A DNA stretch of 47,191 bases from Eubacteriales bacterium (GTDB lineage Bacteria; Bacillota; Clostridia; Oscillospirales; CAG-272): NCBI GenBank assembly GCA_045580065.1, contig JAZNNA010000011.1, forward strand, positions 1-47,191. The letters are read 5' to 3'. A program made the position numbers and the translations under genes. The notes under the pieces were generated by a model. That model was not told the DNA's origin. It did not search any database and was given only the letters and a program-made list of their open reading frames with translations. Of this stretch, positions 39,956 through 47,191 are shown piece after piece. Position 1 is the first letter of the stretch. Every line of letters starts with the position of its first letter.

Positions 39956-40681
39956 TTATTTGCCGGGCCAGGCCTCATCCTCGCAGATCAAGGTAACGTT
40001 TTGATGCAGCTGAAGGATGGTAACGGGATACATCGTGTTTACCAGGCCGTCAAGCAAGGCGCTGATGGCGGCACGCTTACCCTCGCCACAGGCAAGCAGG
40101 ATGATGCGACGGGCATTCATGATGGTGCCGACACCCATGGTGATAGCACGCTTCGGCACGTCGTCCATTGAGTCGAAGAAGCGAGAGTTTGCACGGATGG
40201 TATCCTTGGTCAGGGCGGTTACGTGCGTATCGGTAAACAGGCTTTCAGCAGGCTCGTTAAAGCCGATATGGCCGTTGTGACCAACGCCAAGCACCTGAAG
40301 ATCGGCATAGCCAAGGCTTGCAACCAGCTTTTCGTAACGCTCTGCCTCTGCATCCAGATCCATTGCATCGCCCTCGGGCAGATGGGTGTTATTCATATCG
40401 ATGTTGATATGATTGAAAAGCTTCTCATTCATGAAGTAACGGTAGCTTTGGGGGTGCTCGGGCTCAAGGCCGCAATACTCGTCAAGGTTAACGGTAACAA
40501 CCTGAGAAAAATCCACCTTGCCATCCTTGCAGTCCTTTGCAAGCTGTGCATACAGCCCCTCGGGTGTAGAGCCGGTTGCAAAGCCGAGAACGGCATCTTT
40601 CTTCTTTGCCACCTCTTCTTCAACAATGCGGGCGGCAACAAGGGACATTTCCTCGTAATTCTTGCAGCGAATGATTTCCAT
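39956..40681 (-). CDS. nagB: Glucosamine-6-phosphate deaminase
   Basis: 241 aa. It carries LGFATGSTPEGLYAQL, VTVNLDEY and LGVGHNGHIGFNEP motifs. Confidence 0.9.
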   Translation of the reverse strand: MEIIRCKNYEEMSLVAARIVEEEVAKKKDAVLGFATGSTPEGLYAQLAKDCKDGKVDFSQVVTVNLDEYCGLEPEHPQSYRYFMNEKLFNHINIDMNNTHLPEGDAMDLDAEAERYEKLVASLGYADLQVLGVGHNGHIGFNEPAESLFTDTHVTALTKDTIRANSRFFDSMDDVPKRAITMGVGTIMNARRIILLACGEGKRAAISALLDGLVNTMYPVTILQLHQNVTLICEDEAWPGK

Positions 40682-40720
40682 AGAGCTACTCCTCGTGTAA
40701 GATAATTTTTATCAAATTTA

Positions 40721-40748
40721 ATTATATCATACTTTTGAACTTTTGCAA
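40721..40748 (-). promoter_or_regulatory. Sigma-A promoter with extended -10 for nagB
   Basis: Minus strand reads TTGCAA (40748-40743), 16-nt spacer, TATAAT (40726-40721), preceded by TG (TGaTATAAT). Confidence 0.5.
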
Positions 40749-40776
40749 GGGCTTTTTGCAAAAAGTGTAATTTTTT

Positions 40777-41361
40777 TCAAATGCTCACAGCACCCACCAG
40801 CGAGCAGACCAAAATCCCAAGCGCAGCGGAGGTAAGGATCAGCCACACGGCAGAAAGGCGCTTTCCACGCAAGCGCCTGAACAGAAGGTCGAAAAGCAAA
40901 AGCAATAAAAGGATGATCGGCTCGGCTGCTCGCAAGGAAAAAGAGAAAGGAGCCGAATAGCCTACAGTCTTAAAAAGCAGGATCACGCCGGTGGAAAGGA
41001 TCAGTGCCACGACCACCGGATTGACTCCGCGCAAAAACGCCTTGAAAAAGCGATTTTCCGTCAGGCTTTTCAGCACGGTCGCCACCAATAGGATCACAAG
41101 AAAGGAAGGCAGCACCACCCCAAACGTGGCACAAAGGCTGCCCGGAAGCCCCCCTTGCGAAGCACCCACGTAGGTTGCCATATTGACTGCGATCGGCCCG
41201 GGAGTAGATTCGCAAACACCGACAAAGCTATAGAATTGCTCCTCTGTGAGCCAGGCGTATTTCAGCACCGCATCCTCGATCAAGGGCAGCATGGCAAGCC
41301 CACCGCCAAAGGTGAAAAGCCCAACCTTAAAAAATTCCCAAAACAGCAAGAGATAGGTCAT
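40777..41361 (-). CDS. Chromate transporter, short-chain CHR family (second half of a pair)
   Basis: ORF 40777..41577. The preferred start is ATG 41361 (MTYLLLFWEFFKVGLFTFGGGLAMLPLIED), with an ATGA overlap onto the upstream paralog stop. It has the CHR signature FGGG and multiple TM segments. Confidence 0.75.
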   Translation of the reverse strand: MTYLLLFWEFFKVGLFTFGGGLAMLPLIEDAVLKYAWLTEEQFYSFVGVCESTPGPIAVNMATYVGASQGGLPGSLCATFGVVLPSFLVILLVATVLKSLTENRFFKAFLRGVNPVVVALILSTGVILLFKTVGYSAPFSFSLRAAEPIILLLLLLFDLLFRRLRGKRLSAVWLILTSAALGILVCSLVGAVSI

Positions 41362-41918
41362 TTCTTCCCCTCCCCCACACGGAATACGGAGTAGGCCAGT
41401 ATTCCGATCGCACCGCCGACAAGGATCAGCAAAACGGTGCTGAAGCTTGTGCAAAGAAGCTCCAATGCGATCATAAGCAAAAACACAGCGACAAACAGCA
41501 GGCTCGGCAGCCATGCACGCTCCAGCTTGTGCAGCATCCCTATCCCTGTGCGCAGGATCAGAAGAGCCACCGCACACTTGATGCCCACAAAGGCATAGGC
41601 CACGTACTTATTGGCCATAAATGCATCCAGAAACAAGGAGATGACAAAAATAATGACAAGCGATGGCAGCACCACGCCAAGCGTGGCAAGCACGCTCCCC
41701 CAAAAACCACCCTTTTTATACCCAACGTAGGTAGCCAGGTTGATAGCGATCGGCCCCGGGGTGGATTCGGCAACGGTGATGACCTGTAAAAGCTCCTCCT
41801 CAGAGAGCCAGCCAAGCCGCTCGACCACGCTTTCGCGGATATTGGCTATCATCGCATAGCCACCGCCAAACGTAAACAGTCCCAGCTTAAAAAAATTCCA
41901 AAACAAAGAAAACAGCAT
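41358..41918 (-). CDS. Chromate transporter, short-chain CHR family (first half of a pair)
   Basis: 186 aa. The start is MLFSLFWNFFKLGLFTFGGGYAMIANIRE. The paired short CHR arrangement resembles B. subtilis ywrA/ywrB. Confidence 0.75.
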   Translation of the reverse strand: MLFSLFWNFFKLGLFTFGGGYAMIANIRESVVERLGWLSEEELLQVITVAESTPGPIAINLATYVGYKKGGFWGSVLATLGVVLPSLVIIFVISLFLDAFMANKYVAYAFVGIKCAVALLILRTGIGMLHKLERAWLPSLLFVAVFLLMIALELLCTSFSTVLLILVGGAIGILAYSVFRVGEGKK

Positions 41919-41939
41919 CGTTCCCCCTCCTTACACAGA

Positions 41940-41968
41940 ATTATAGCACACCTCGCCCCTTCGTGCAA
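41940..41968 (-). promoter_or_regulatory. Sigma-A promoter for the chrA pair
   Basis: Minus strand reads TTGCAC (41968-41963), 17-nt spacer, TATAAT (41945-41940), preceded by TG. Confidence 0.5.
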
Positions 41969-41975
41969 GAAGCTC

Positions 41976-42003
41976 TTGACAGAAAAAATATTTATGTTAT
42001 ACT
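41976..42003 (+). promoter_or_regulatory. Sigma-A promoter for the AraC-family regulator
   Basis: TTGACA (41976-41981), 16-nt spacer, TATACT (41998-42003), preceded by TG. Confidence 0.5.
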
Positions 42004-42031
42004 TAAAAGGAACCAAATCAAAGATTGATTT

Positions 42032-42892
42032 TTGAAGAAGGTGAAAATTTTGAATTCAGATACAAAGACGATCCTGTGGGAGCTTTGCCCGATCCGGCGC
42101 GTGGTGCAGATCGACGGGATCTATACCGCCTTCAGCCGCGACATCACGCCGGATTATCTTTTCCGCGGCGAGGCACACGATTTTTACGAGATCGAGATCG
42201 TCACAAAGGGGTGTGTCAGCATCACCGCAGGGGCAGATTCGCTGATCCTGCAGGCCCCCTCAGCGATTTTGCATCCACCAATGGAATTTCACAGTCTGCG
42301 CGCCATCGGTGACTCACCCGCGCAGCTGGTGGTATTCTCCTTTTCAGCCTCAAGGATGCCGGATTTTTCGCACCGCATCTTTTCCCTTACGCAGCCGGAC
42401 ACGCTGCGCGTAGAACGCGCATTGGAGCTTTTACAAAAGAGCGCCTCGTATCGTGTGCGCCAAAACGGCGTGGTGGCCCCGGAGCGGGAAAGAGAAGCCC
42501 AACAAGGGCTTTGCGAGCTGGAGGCCCTGCTGCTCAGCCTTTGTGAGCAGGGTGTGCAGGAGCGCGCGGATTGCACGGCAGGCGCGCGGAATTACCGCAA
42601 GATACTGCAAACGATCGAGCAGAATATTTCCCTACCCCTGGATATCGTCACGCTTGCAAGGCTGACGCAGATGAGCCCATCGCTGCTGAAAAAGACCTTT
42701 TCGCGATATGCGGGCATTGGTGTAATGCAATACTGCCGCACGCAAAAGTGCAACACCGCTATCCGTATGCTGCGCGAGGGTAAAAGCGTGAAGGAGACCG
42801 CGCTGGCACTTGGCTTTTGCGATGCCGCCTATTTCGCAACCGCCTTTCGCCGCACCACGGGACATTCCCCCACGTATTACCGAAACAACTGA
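42032..42892 (+). CDS. AraC family transcriptional regulator (cupin-like N-domain plus HTH)
   Basis: 286-aa ORF beginning with TTG 42032. GTG 42041 or TTG 42050 are alternative starts. The C-terminal AraC HTH contains LARLTQMSPSLLKKTFSRYAGIGVMQY...LGFCDAAYFATAFRRTTGHSP. Confidence 0.8.
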   Translation: MKKVKILNSDTKTILWELCPIRRVVQIDGIYTAFSRDITPDYLFRGEAHDFYEIEIVTKGCVSITAGADSLILQAPSAILHPPMEFHSLRAIGDSPAQLVVFSFSASRMPDFSHRIFSLTQPDTLRVERALELLQKSASYRVRQNGVVAPEREREAQQGLCELEALLLSLCEQGVQERADCTAGARNYRKILQTIEQNISLPLDIVTLARLTQMSPSLLKKTFSRYAGIGVMQYCRTQKCNTAIRMLREGKSVKETALALGFCDAAYFATAFRRTTGHSPTYYRNN

Positions 42893-42900
42893 CAAAAGCA

Positions 42901-42929
42901 TTGCGCGAGCGCGCAAATTGTGGTATAAT
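42901..42929 (+). promoter_or_regulatory. Sigma-A promoter for the UDG/AEC genes, overlapped by a GC palindrome
   Basis: TTGCGC (42901-42906), 17-nt spacer, TATAAT (42924-42929), preceded by TG. The palindrome TTGCGCG-ag-CGCGCAA (42901-42916) overlaps the -35 element. Confidence 0.5.
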
Positions 42930-42962
42930 AACACTATATAGCATATAGAACGGAGGTCTATT

Positions 42963-43532
42963 ATGACTTGGGAGATCTTAGAGAGCACCTGTGCCGCCTG
43001 CCAGAAATGCGCACTGGGCGCCACAAGAACAAAATGCGTATTCGGAACCGGCAGCCGCACGGCAGACCTGCTTTTTGTGGGGGAAGCCCCCGGCGAGCAG
43101 GAGGATCTGACCGGCACCCCCTTTGTGGGGCGCGCAGGGCAGCTTCTGAATAAATTTTTGCAGGCGGTGGATATCCCGCGCGAAAAGGTGTATATCGCCA
43201 ATATCTTAAAGTGCCGCCCGCCACAGAACAGAGATCCCCTGCCCGACGAGGAGGAGGCCTGCATCGGTTACCTGCGCGAGCAGGTGCGCCTTTTGAAGCC
43301 CCGTGTGATCGTATGCCTTGGGCGTATTTCAGCAATGAAGCTGATCAAGCCCGACTTCCGCATCACCAAGGAGCATGGCGAGTGGTTTGATAAAAACGGC
43401 TATCTGATGACCGCCGTTTACCACCCCGCGTATCTCTTGCGCGATCCCCGCAAGAAAGAGGATATGCTTGAGGATATGAAGCGCATTGCCGAAAAGCTGC
43501 ACGAGCTTGGCTCGTTTGCGGAGGAAGCATAA
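42963..43532 (+). CDS. Uracil-DNA glycosylase, family 4
   Basis: 189 aa. It carries CxxCxxC (CAACQKCAL), GEAPGEQED and FVGRAGQLL motifs and HPAYLLR near the C-terminus. Confidence 0.85.
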   Translation: MTWEILESTCAACQKCALGATRTKCVFGTGSRTADLLFVGEAPGEQEDLTGTPFVGRAGQLLNKFLQAVDIPREKVYIANILKCRPPQNRDPLPDEEEACIGYLREQVRLLKPRVIVCLGRISAMKLIKPDFRITKEHGEWFDKNGYLMTAVYHPAYLLRDPRKKEDMLEDMKRIAEKLHELGSFAEEA

Positions 43533-44497
43533 TGGAGCTTGGCACGTTTTTAAACCTCTTATCCATCATCGGGCTTTTGTTTTTGCTGATGGTCGCGGGC
43601 TACGTCTGCCGGCGCACCAGGATCATCAGCGAGGAGGGCTCAAAGCACCTTTCCAAGCTGATCATTTCTCTTGGGCAGCCCATGATGATCGTGGGCGCAC
43701 TGATCAGCAAGGAGTTTTCGGTTGAGCTGTTCAAGGAAGGGCTGTTTTATCTTGCTCTCGGCCTTATCCTGCACCCGGTCATGGCGCTTGTCGCCTTTCT
43801 TGCCTCGCCCCTGTTCCCGGGTGGCACACGTAAAAACTTAAGCATTTTTGCCACTATCTTTAACAACTGCGGCTTTATCGGCTTTCCCATTCTTGCCGCC
43901 ATCTTCCCCGGCAAGGGTGCATTTTACGGTGCGTTTTTCGTGATCGGCTTTCACCTGTATCTCTGGACGATCGGCATCTGGATCCTCTCTCGCGGTGAGG
44001 AGCACATCCGCCTCACCCCAAAGAAGGCGTTGCTCAATTACGGCACCATTCCCTGCGCCATCGGCTTTTTGCTTTATCTGCTCAAGGGCGTGCTGCCCTT
44101 CCCCTCCTTTGTGATCGATTTCACTAATCAGCTGGGCAACCTATGCCTGCCCGTTTCCGTGCTGGTCACGGGTGCGCTGCTTGCCTCGCAGAATATGCGC
44201 GCGCTGCTCACCGACCTCAAGCTGTATCTGTTCAATCTTGTCAAGCTGATCGGTGTGCCGATCGTCATTTGTCTGCTTGCCAAGCTGGTAACGCTTGGGA
44301 TGCAGGATAGCTACAGCGTGGTGCTGTTTTGCACCGTGATCTCTGCGCTCCCCAGTGCGGCGACTGTTACGATGCTTGCCGAGCTTTACGATCTGGATGC
44401 CCCTTACGCTGCGCGCGTGGTCGGCTCCACCTCGATCCTCTCGCTTGCAACGCTGCCGTTGCTCTATTTCATCGGTGACCTGATCGCCAGACTGTAA
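43532..44497 (+). CDS. AEC (auxin efflux carrier) family transporter
   Basis: 321 aa and polytopic. The start overlaps the UDG stop as TAATG. N-terminal MELGTFLNLLSIIGLLFLLMVAGYVCRR is typical of the family, as is its two-fold repeat topology. Confidence 0.7.
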   Translation: MELGTFLNLLSIIGLLFLLMVAGYVCRRTRIISEEGSKHLSKLIISLGQPMMIVGALISKEFSVELFKEGLFYLALGLILHPVMALVAFLASPLFPGGTRKNLSIFATIFNNCGFIGFPILAAIFPGKGAFYGAFFVIGFHLYLWTIGIWILSRGEEHIRLTPKKALLNYGTIPCAIGFLLYLLKGVLPFPSFVIDFTNQLGNLCLPVSVLVTGALLASQNMRALLTDLKLYLFNLVKLIGVPIVICLLAKLVTLGMQDSYSVVLFCTVISALPSAATVTMLAELYDLDAPYAARVVGSTSILSLATLPLLYFIGDLIARL

Positions 44498-44502
44498 GCA
44501 AT

Positions 44503-44533
44503 AAAAAAAGACGGGAGATCCCCGTCTTTTTTT
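44503..44533. terminator. Bidirectional terminator between the AEC transporter gene and the convergent 162-aa gene
   Basis: AAAAAAA-GACGGG-agatc-CCCGTC-TTTTTTT. Confidence 0.75.
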
Positions 44534-45020
44534 ATTGCATTGCCCCCTTCAGGGTTGCCAGAAACGCCGCGTAGAGGTCGGCATCTGCCGCGAAATAATA
44601 GGTGACGTCCTCGCTGATATAATAAAAGCGCTCGCCTTGAAAATACAGCTGCACAACGCTGCCGTCGGCACACTTGGCAAACAGGCGCAGATCAAGCCCC
44701 GTCAGGCTTTTCCTGTCGCTACCCTTGTACTTCAGCGTTTTTGCCAGCTGCAAAAGCTGTGTGCGGACCGTTTGTAAGCGCTCGCCGGAAAGCGTGATCT
44801 CCTTGCCGTTATTTGCAAAAAGCTCGTCATTATTATAATGCGGATCTGTCAGTACAAGATACTGCACGTCCTCGCCCGCCACTGCAAAAAGCATTTTTTC
44901 CATATCCTCTCTGGCGGCTATCCGCGGCAAGAGAATGCCACACAAAATGCCACCGATCAGCAAAACGGCCAAAGAACAGCAAAGGATCAGGCTTCGCCTT
45001 GATCTGGTCATAGTTTGCAC
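44532..45020 (-). CDS. Hypothetical N-terminally membrane-anchored protein
   Basis: 162-aa ORF. It has one N-terminal TM segment (LILCCSLAVLLIGGILCGILL) and no recognisable family. It has its own promoter. Confidence 0.5.
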   Translation of the reverse strand: MQTMTRSRRSLILCCSLAVLLIGGILCGILLPRIAAREDMEKMLFAVAGEDVQYLVLTDPHYNNDELFANNGKEITLSGERLQTVRTQLLQLAKTLKYKGSDRKSLTGLDLRLFAKCADGSVVQLYFQGERFYYISEDVTYYFAADADLYAAFLATLKGAMQ

Positions 45021-45036
45021 CTCGCTTTCTCACACA

Positions 45037-45065
45037 AGTATAACAGAATTCGGGGTGCTTGTCAA
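45037..45065 (-). promoter_or_regulatory. Sigma-A promoter for the 162-aa membrane protein gene
   Basis: Minus strand reads TTGACA (45065-45060), 17-nt spacer, TATACT (45042-45037), preceded by TG. Confidence 0.5.
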
Positions 45066-45070
45066 GGCGA

Positions 45071-46474
45071 TCAGTTCCGCTTTTTGCGTCGAATGAAAAG
45101 CGAGAGCAGCGCCCTACCGGAAAATGGGATCAGGGGGTAAAGATAGCTGTGTGTACCGTTAACGGTACGGTTGCTGATGATCAAAAGCAGAATGATCAGC
45201 ACACCCACAGCAAAGCCCCAGACGTTGAAAAACGCCGTGAGGGTCAAAAGCAAAATGCGCATAAACTTCAGCGCATAGCCAAGCTCAAAGCTTGTTTGCG
45301 TAAAGTTTGCAATGGCAACAAAGGCCATATACAGGATCACCTCGGGGATCAGCCATCCCGCATCCACCGCAAACTCACCAAGGATCAATCCCCCCACCAC
45401 AGATAGCGAGTTTGCCAGCATATCCGGGGTGTTCATGGATGCCATGCGCAAGCCGTCGATCACAAATTCCGCCAGCAAAAGCTGCAAAAATACGGGGAGC
45501 ATCCCCGTTTCCTGCGGCAAGGCAAACGCCAGCCATTGCGGCACGGCTTCGGGGTTCTGCACACCGAGATACCACAGGGGCGTTAAAAAAAGCGTAAGCC
45601 AGAACACCGCGTGGCGCACCATGCGCAAATAGGTGCCGGTAAGGGGCGGGAGATAAAAATCATTTGTTTCCTGCAAAAAGGTAAAGATAGAGGTCGGCAG
45701 GATCATTGCCGCAGGCGAGTTGTCAAGCAGGATCACCACGCTTCCCTCTAACAGGTGCGCTGCGGTGGTATCCGGGCGCTCGGTATAGCGGATCTTGGGA
45801 AAGGGATTGTACCAGCGCGTTTTGATCAGCGATTCCGCTAGCGATTCGTGCCCCATCGTCAGCGCGTCGGTGCTGATCGACTTGATCTTTTGTGTGATAT
45901 ACTCCACCAGCTTTGGGTCGGCGCGGTCCTTCATATATGCCACGACCACGTCGCTTTTTGATGCCTTTCCCGCCGTGAGATACTGCATTGTCAGCGTAAC
46001 GTCACGGATGCGCCGACGGATCAGCGCCGTGTTGAAGATCAGCGTTTCCACAAAGCCGTCGCGCGCACCGCGCATCACGCGGTCGTTTTCCGGCTCGGCG
46101 GTTTCGCGTGCGGGATAAGTGCGCGCATCAATGATCATCGCGCTGCTTCCAAAGCTGCTACCAAGCATCAGTGTAGCACCCGAAAGCAGCATTTGCAGCA
46201 TAGTTTCCTCATTTTCCGTCACGTCACACTCAACGTAAGGCATATTCTGCTCTAAAAATGCCGCGGCGCTTTCAGGCATTTTTTGCAGCGAGAGCAGATA
46301 GATAAACAGCTTTTGCATGGCGCCGTCCTTGATCAGCCCGTCGATATAAAACAGCGTGACCTCGCCGTCTGCAATTCGCAGCACCTTTTTGATGATATCA
46401 AAATTTTCGGCAACGCGCAGCTTTTTTTCAAAATACTGCACGTTTTCGCAGTAATTTTCACCGATCCTTAGCAT
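45071..46474 (-). CDS. Spore germination protein, GerA family (A-subunit / SpoVAF-like)
   Basis: ORF 45071..46531. The preferred start is ATG 46474 (MLRIGENYCENVQYFEKKL...) behind GGAGGG. The N-terminal soluble domain contains DFDIIKK-like and LFYIDGLIKD motifs. The C-terminal membrane domain is typical of GerAA/GerKA/SpoVAF. Confidence 0.8.
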   Translation of the reverse strand: MLRIGENYCENVQYFEKKLRVAENFDIIKKVLRIADGEVTLFYIDGLIKDGAMQKLFIYLLSLQKMPESAAAFLEQNMPYVECDVTENEETMLQMLLSGATLMLGSSFGSSAMIIDARTYPARETAEPENDRVMRGARDGFVETLIFNTALIRRRIRDVTLTMQYLTAGKASKSDVVVAYMKDRADPKLVEYITQKIKSISTDALTMGHESLAESLIKTRWYNPFPKIRYTERPDTTAAHLLEGSVVILLDNSPAAMILPTSIFTFLQETNDFYLPPLTGTYLRMVRHAVFWLTLFLTPLWYLGVQNPEAVPQWLAFALPQETGMLPVFLQLLLAEFVIDGLRMASMNTPDMLANSLSVVGGLILGEFAVDAGWLIPEVILYMAFVAIANFTQTSFELGYALKFMRILLLTLTAFFNVWGFAVGVLIILLLIISNRTVNGTHSYLYPLIPFSGRALLSLFIRRKKRN

Positions 46475-46528
46475 AGATCCCTCCGTGAACTTGATAAGAA
46501 CAGTTTGCGTCACCTCGCCCAAAATATA

Positions 46529-46559
46529 CAAAAAAATCGCCCCAAAGGGGCGATTTTTT
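46529..46559 (-). terminator. Rho-independent terminator after the partial right-edge gene
   Basis: ATCGCCCC-aaa-GGGGCGAT with a T-run on the minus strand. Confidence 0.8.
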
Positions 46560-46560
46560 C

Positions 46561-47191
46561 TTAATCCAATTCAATATCCTTCACTTTTTTGATCCAGTCG
46601 CGCAGCCAAAGCTCGCTTTCCATTCCCATTCCCATCGTGGCGTTGCATTCAATAACAATACCCTCAATGCGCTTCTCTTTTAAAAGCTTTAATGCTACGT
46701 TGCACTGGTGCTCCATCAGATCAAGCGGGACCATGCGATAATTGGGGAAATCATACATATAGATGCCCAGCATCTTTCTCTTGTCGGGATAGGTCTTTTC
46801 CAGCTGCTCAAAGCGCTCCTCCAGCAAGGGGAGCTCATTGTTATCCCACGTCCAGAGAACAAAGCCATCCACCTGATCAAGCACCTCAGGCGCAGTACGG
46901 GACGTTTCGTACGTATACCATACCATCCAAAGATCCATCGGGCGGCAGGCCTTGCCAAGCCTTTCGCGCATATCGCGCAGGAACGCCGCTGCCTTTTCGT
47001 TGACATTTTCTTCACCGCGAAAGCTTACGAAAAAATCGTCCAAAAAGGCACCGCAAATGTTGGGGTACTTCTCTGCCAGATCGCAGATAAAGGCCTCCTC
47101 AACGCCGCCGTGCTGCATAACGGGCATGGAAATTCCCGACCACAGCACCTTATCCATAGTAATAAAGCTTTCGGCATAGCCGTAAGCATCC
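46561..47191 (-). CDS. Hypothetical protein, C-terminal part; the frame is open to the window end
   Basis: The track gives 46561..47157 (198 aa from an internal Met). The frame has no stop upstream to position 47191 (...DAYGYAESFIT-MDKVLW...), so the gene probably starts beyond the window. I recognise no family. Confidence 0.45.
   Translation of the reverse strand, partial: DAYGYAESFITMDKVLWSGISMPVMQHGGVEEAFICDLAEKYPNICGAFLDDFFVSFRGEENVNEKAAAFLRDMRERLGKACRPMDLWMVWYTYETSRTAPEVLDQVDGFVLWTWDNNELPLLEERFEQLEKTYPDKRKMLGIYMYDFPNYRMVPLDLMEHQCNVALKLLKEKRIEGIVIECNATMGMGMESELWLRDWIKKVKDIELD

Noticed and set aside
41362-41577. 72-aa N-terminal extension of the downstream chrA ORF. Similar extensions occur at 12392..12472, 22175..22225, 23152..23202, 28280..28357, 34229..34357, 36647..36754 and 46475..46531.
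   Set aside because: In each case an internal start gives the conserved family N-terminus or signal peptide. Each internal start also has a good RBS or a stop/start overlap with the upstream gene, and removes an overlap with the upstream gene or promoter.
42901-42916. Palindrome TTGCGCG-ag-CGCGCAA as a terminator of the AraC-family gene.
   Set aside because: The loop is only 2 nt and no U-tract follows. The sequence coincides with the -35 and spacer of a good promoter for the UDG gene, so it is treated as part of that promoter or a possible operator.

Overview
This is a 47.2-kb chromosomal window from a moderately GC-rich Firmicute that looks like a spore-forming Clostridia member. That placement is an inference from gene content only: a dcw cluster with a PASTA-type class B PBP, a GerA-family germination protein and a MecA-like adaptor. 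Most genes lie on the minus strand. Core content, left to right: partial rqcH, a HAD-IIA phosphatase, type II pantothenate kinase, alaS, ftsZ, a compact dcw cluster (mraZ-rsmH-ftsL-like-PBP-murE-murF-mraY-ftsW-murG), a large secreted protein with lamin-tail domains (LTDs), a TIGR01212 radical SAM protein, a PLP aminotransferase, an XPD/DinG-like helicase with an N-terminal nuclease-like module, a MecA-like adaptor, nagB, a split ChrA pair, an AraC regulator, a family-4 UDG, an AEC transporter, a small membrane protein, a GerA-family protein and one partial unknown gene. Three things stand out. (1) Positions 2.4-15.0 kb hold five tandem paralogs encoding ~800-aa lipoproteins. Each has a duplicated N-terminal module, an invariant central signature and a C-terminal ComEC-type metallo-beta-lactamase (MBL) fold domain. 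Four consensus promoters serve the five genes, and four have a terminator of their own. (2) The ~400-bp convergent alaS/ftsZ spacer is densely structured. A ladder of AGTGAAGTT / AACTTCACT repeats alternates with mini-hairpins, and the whole region is enclosed by the two separated arms of what looks like a bidirectional terminator. (3) A 1164-aa secreted protein carries two LTDs. I found no tRNA, rRNA, CRISPR array, transposase or integrase. Many long antisense ORFs in the track are shadows of the real genes.
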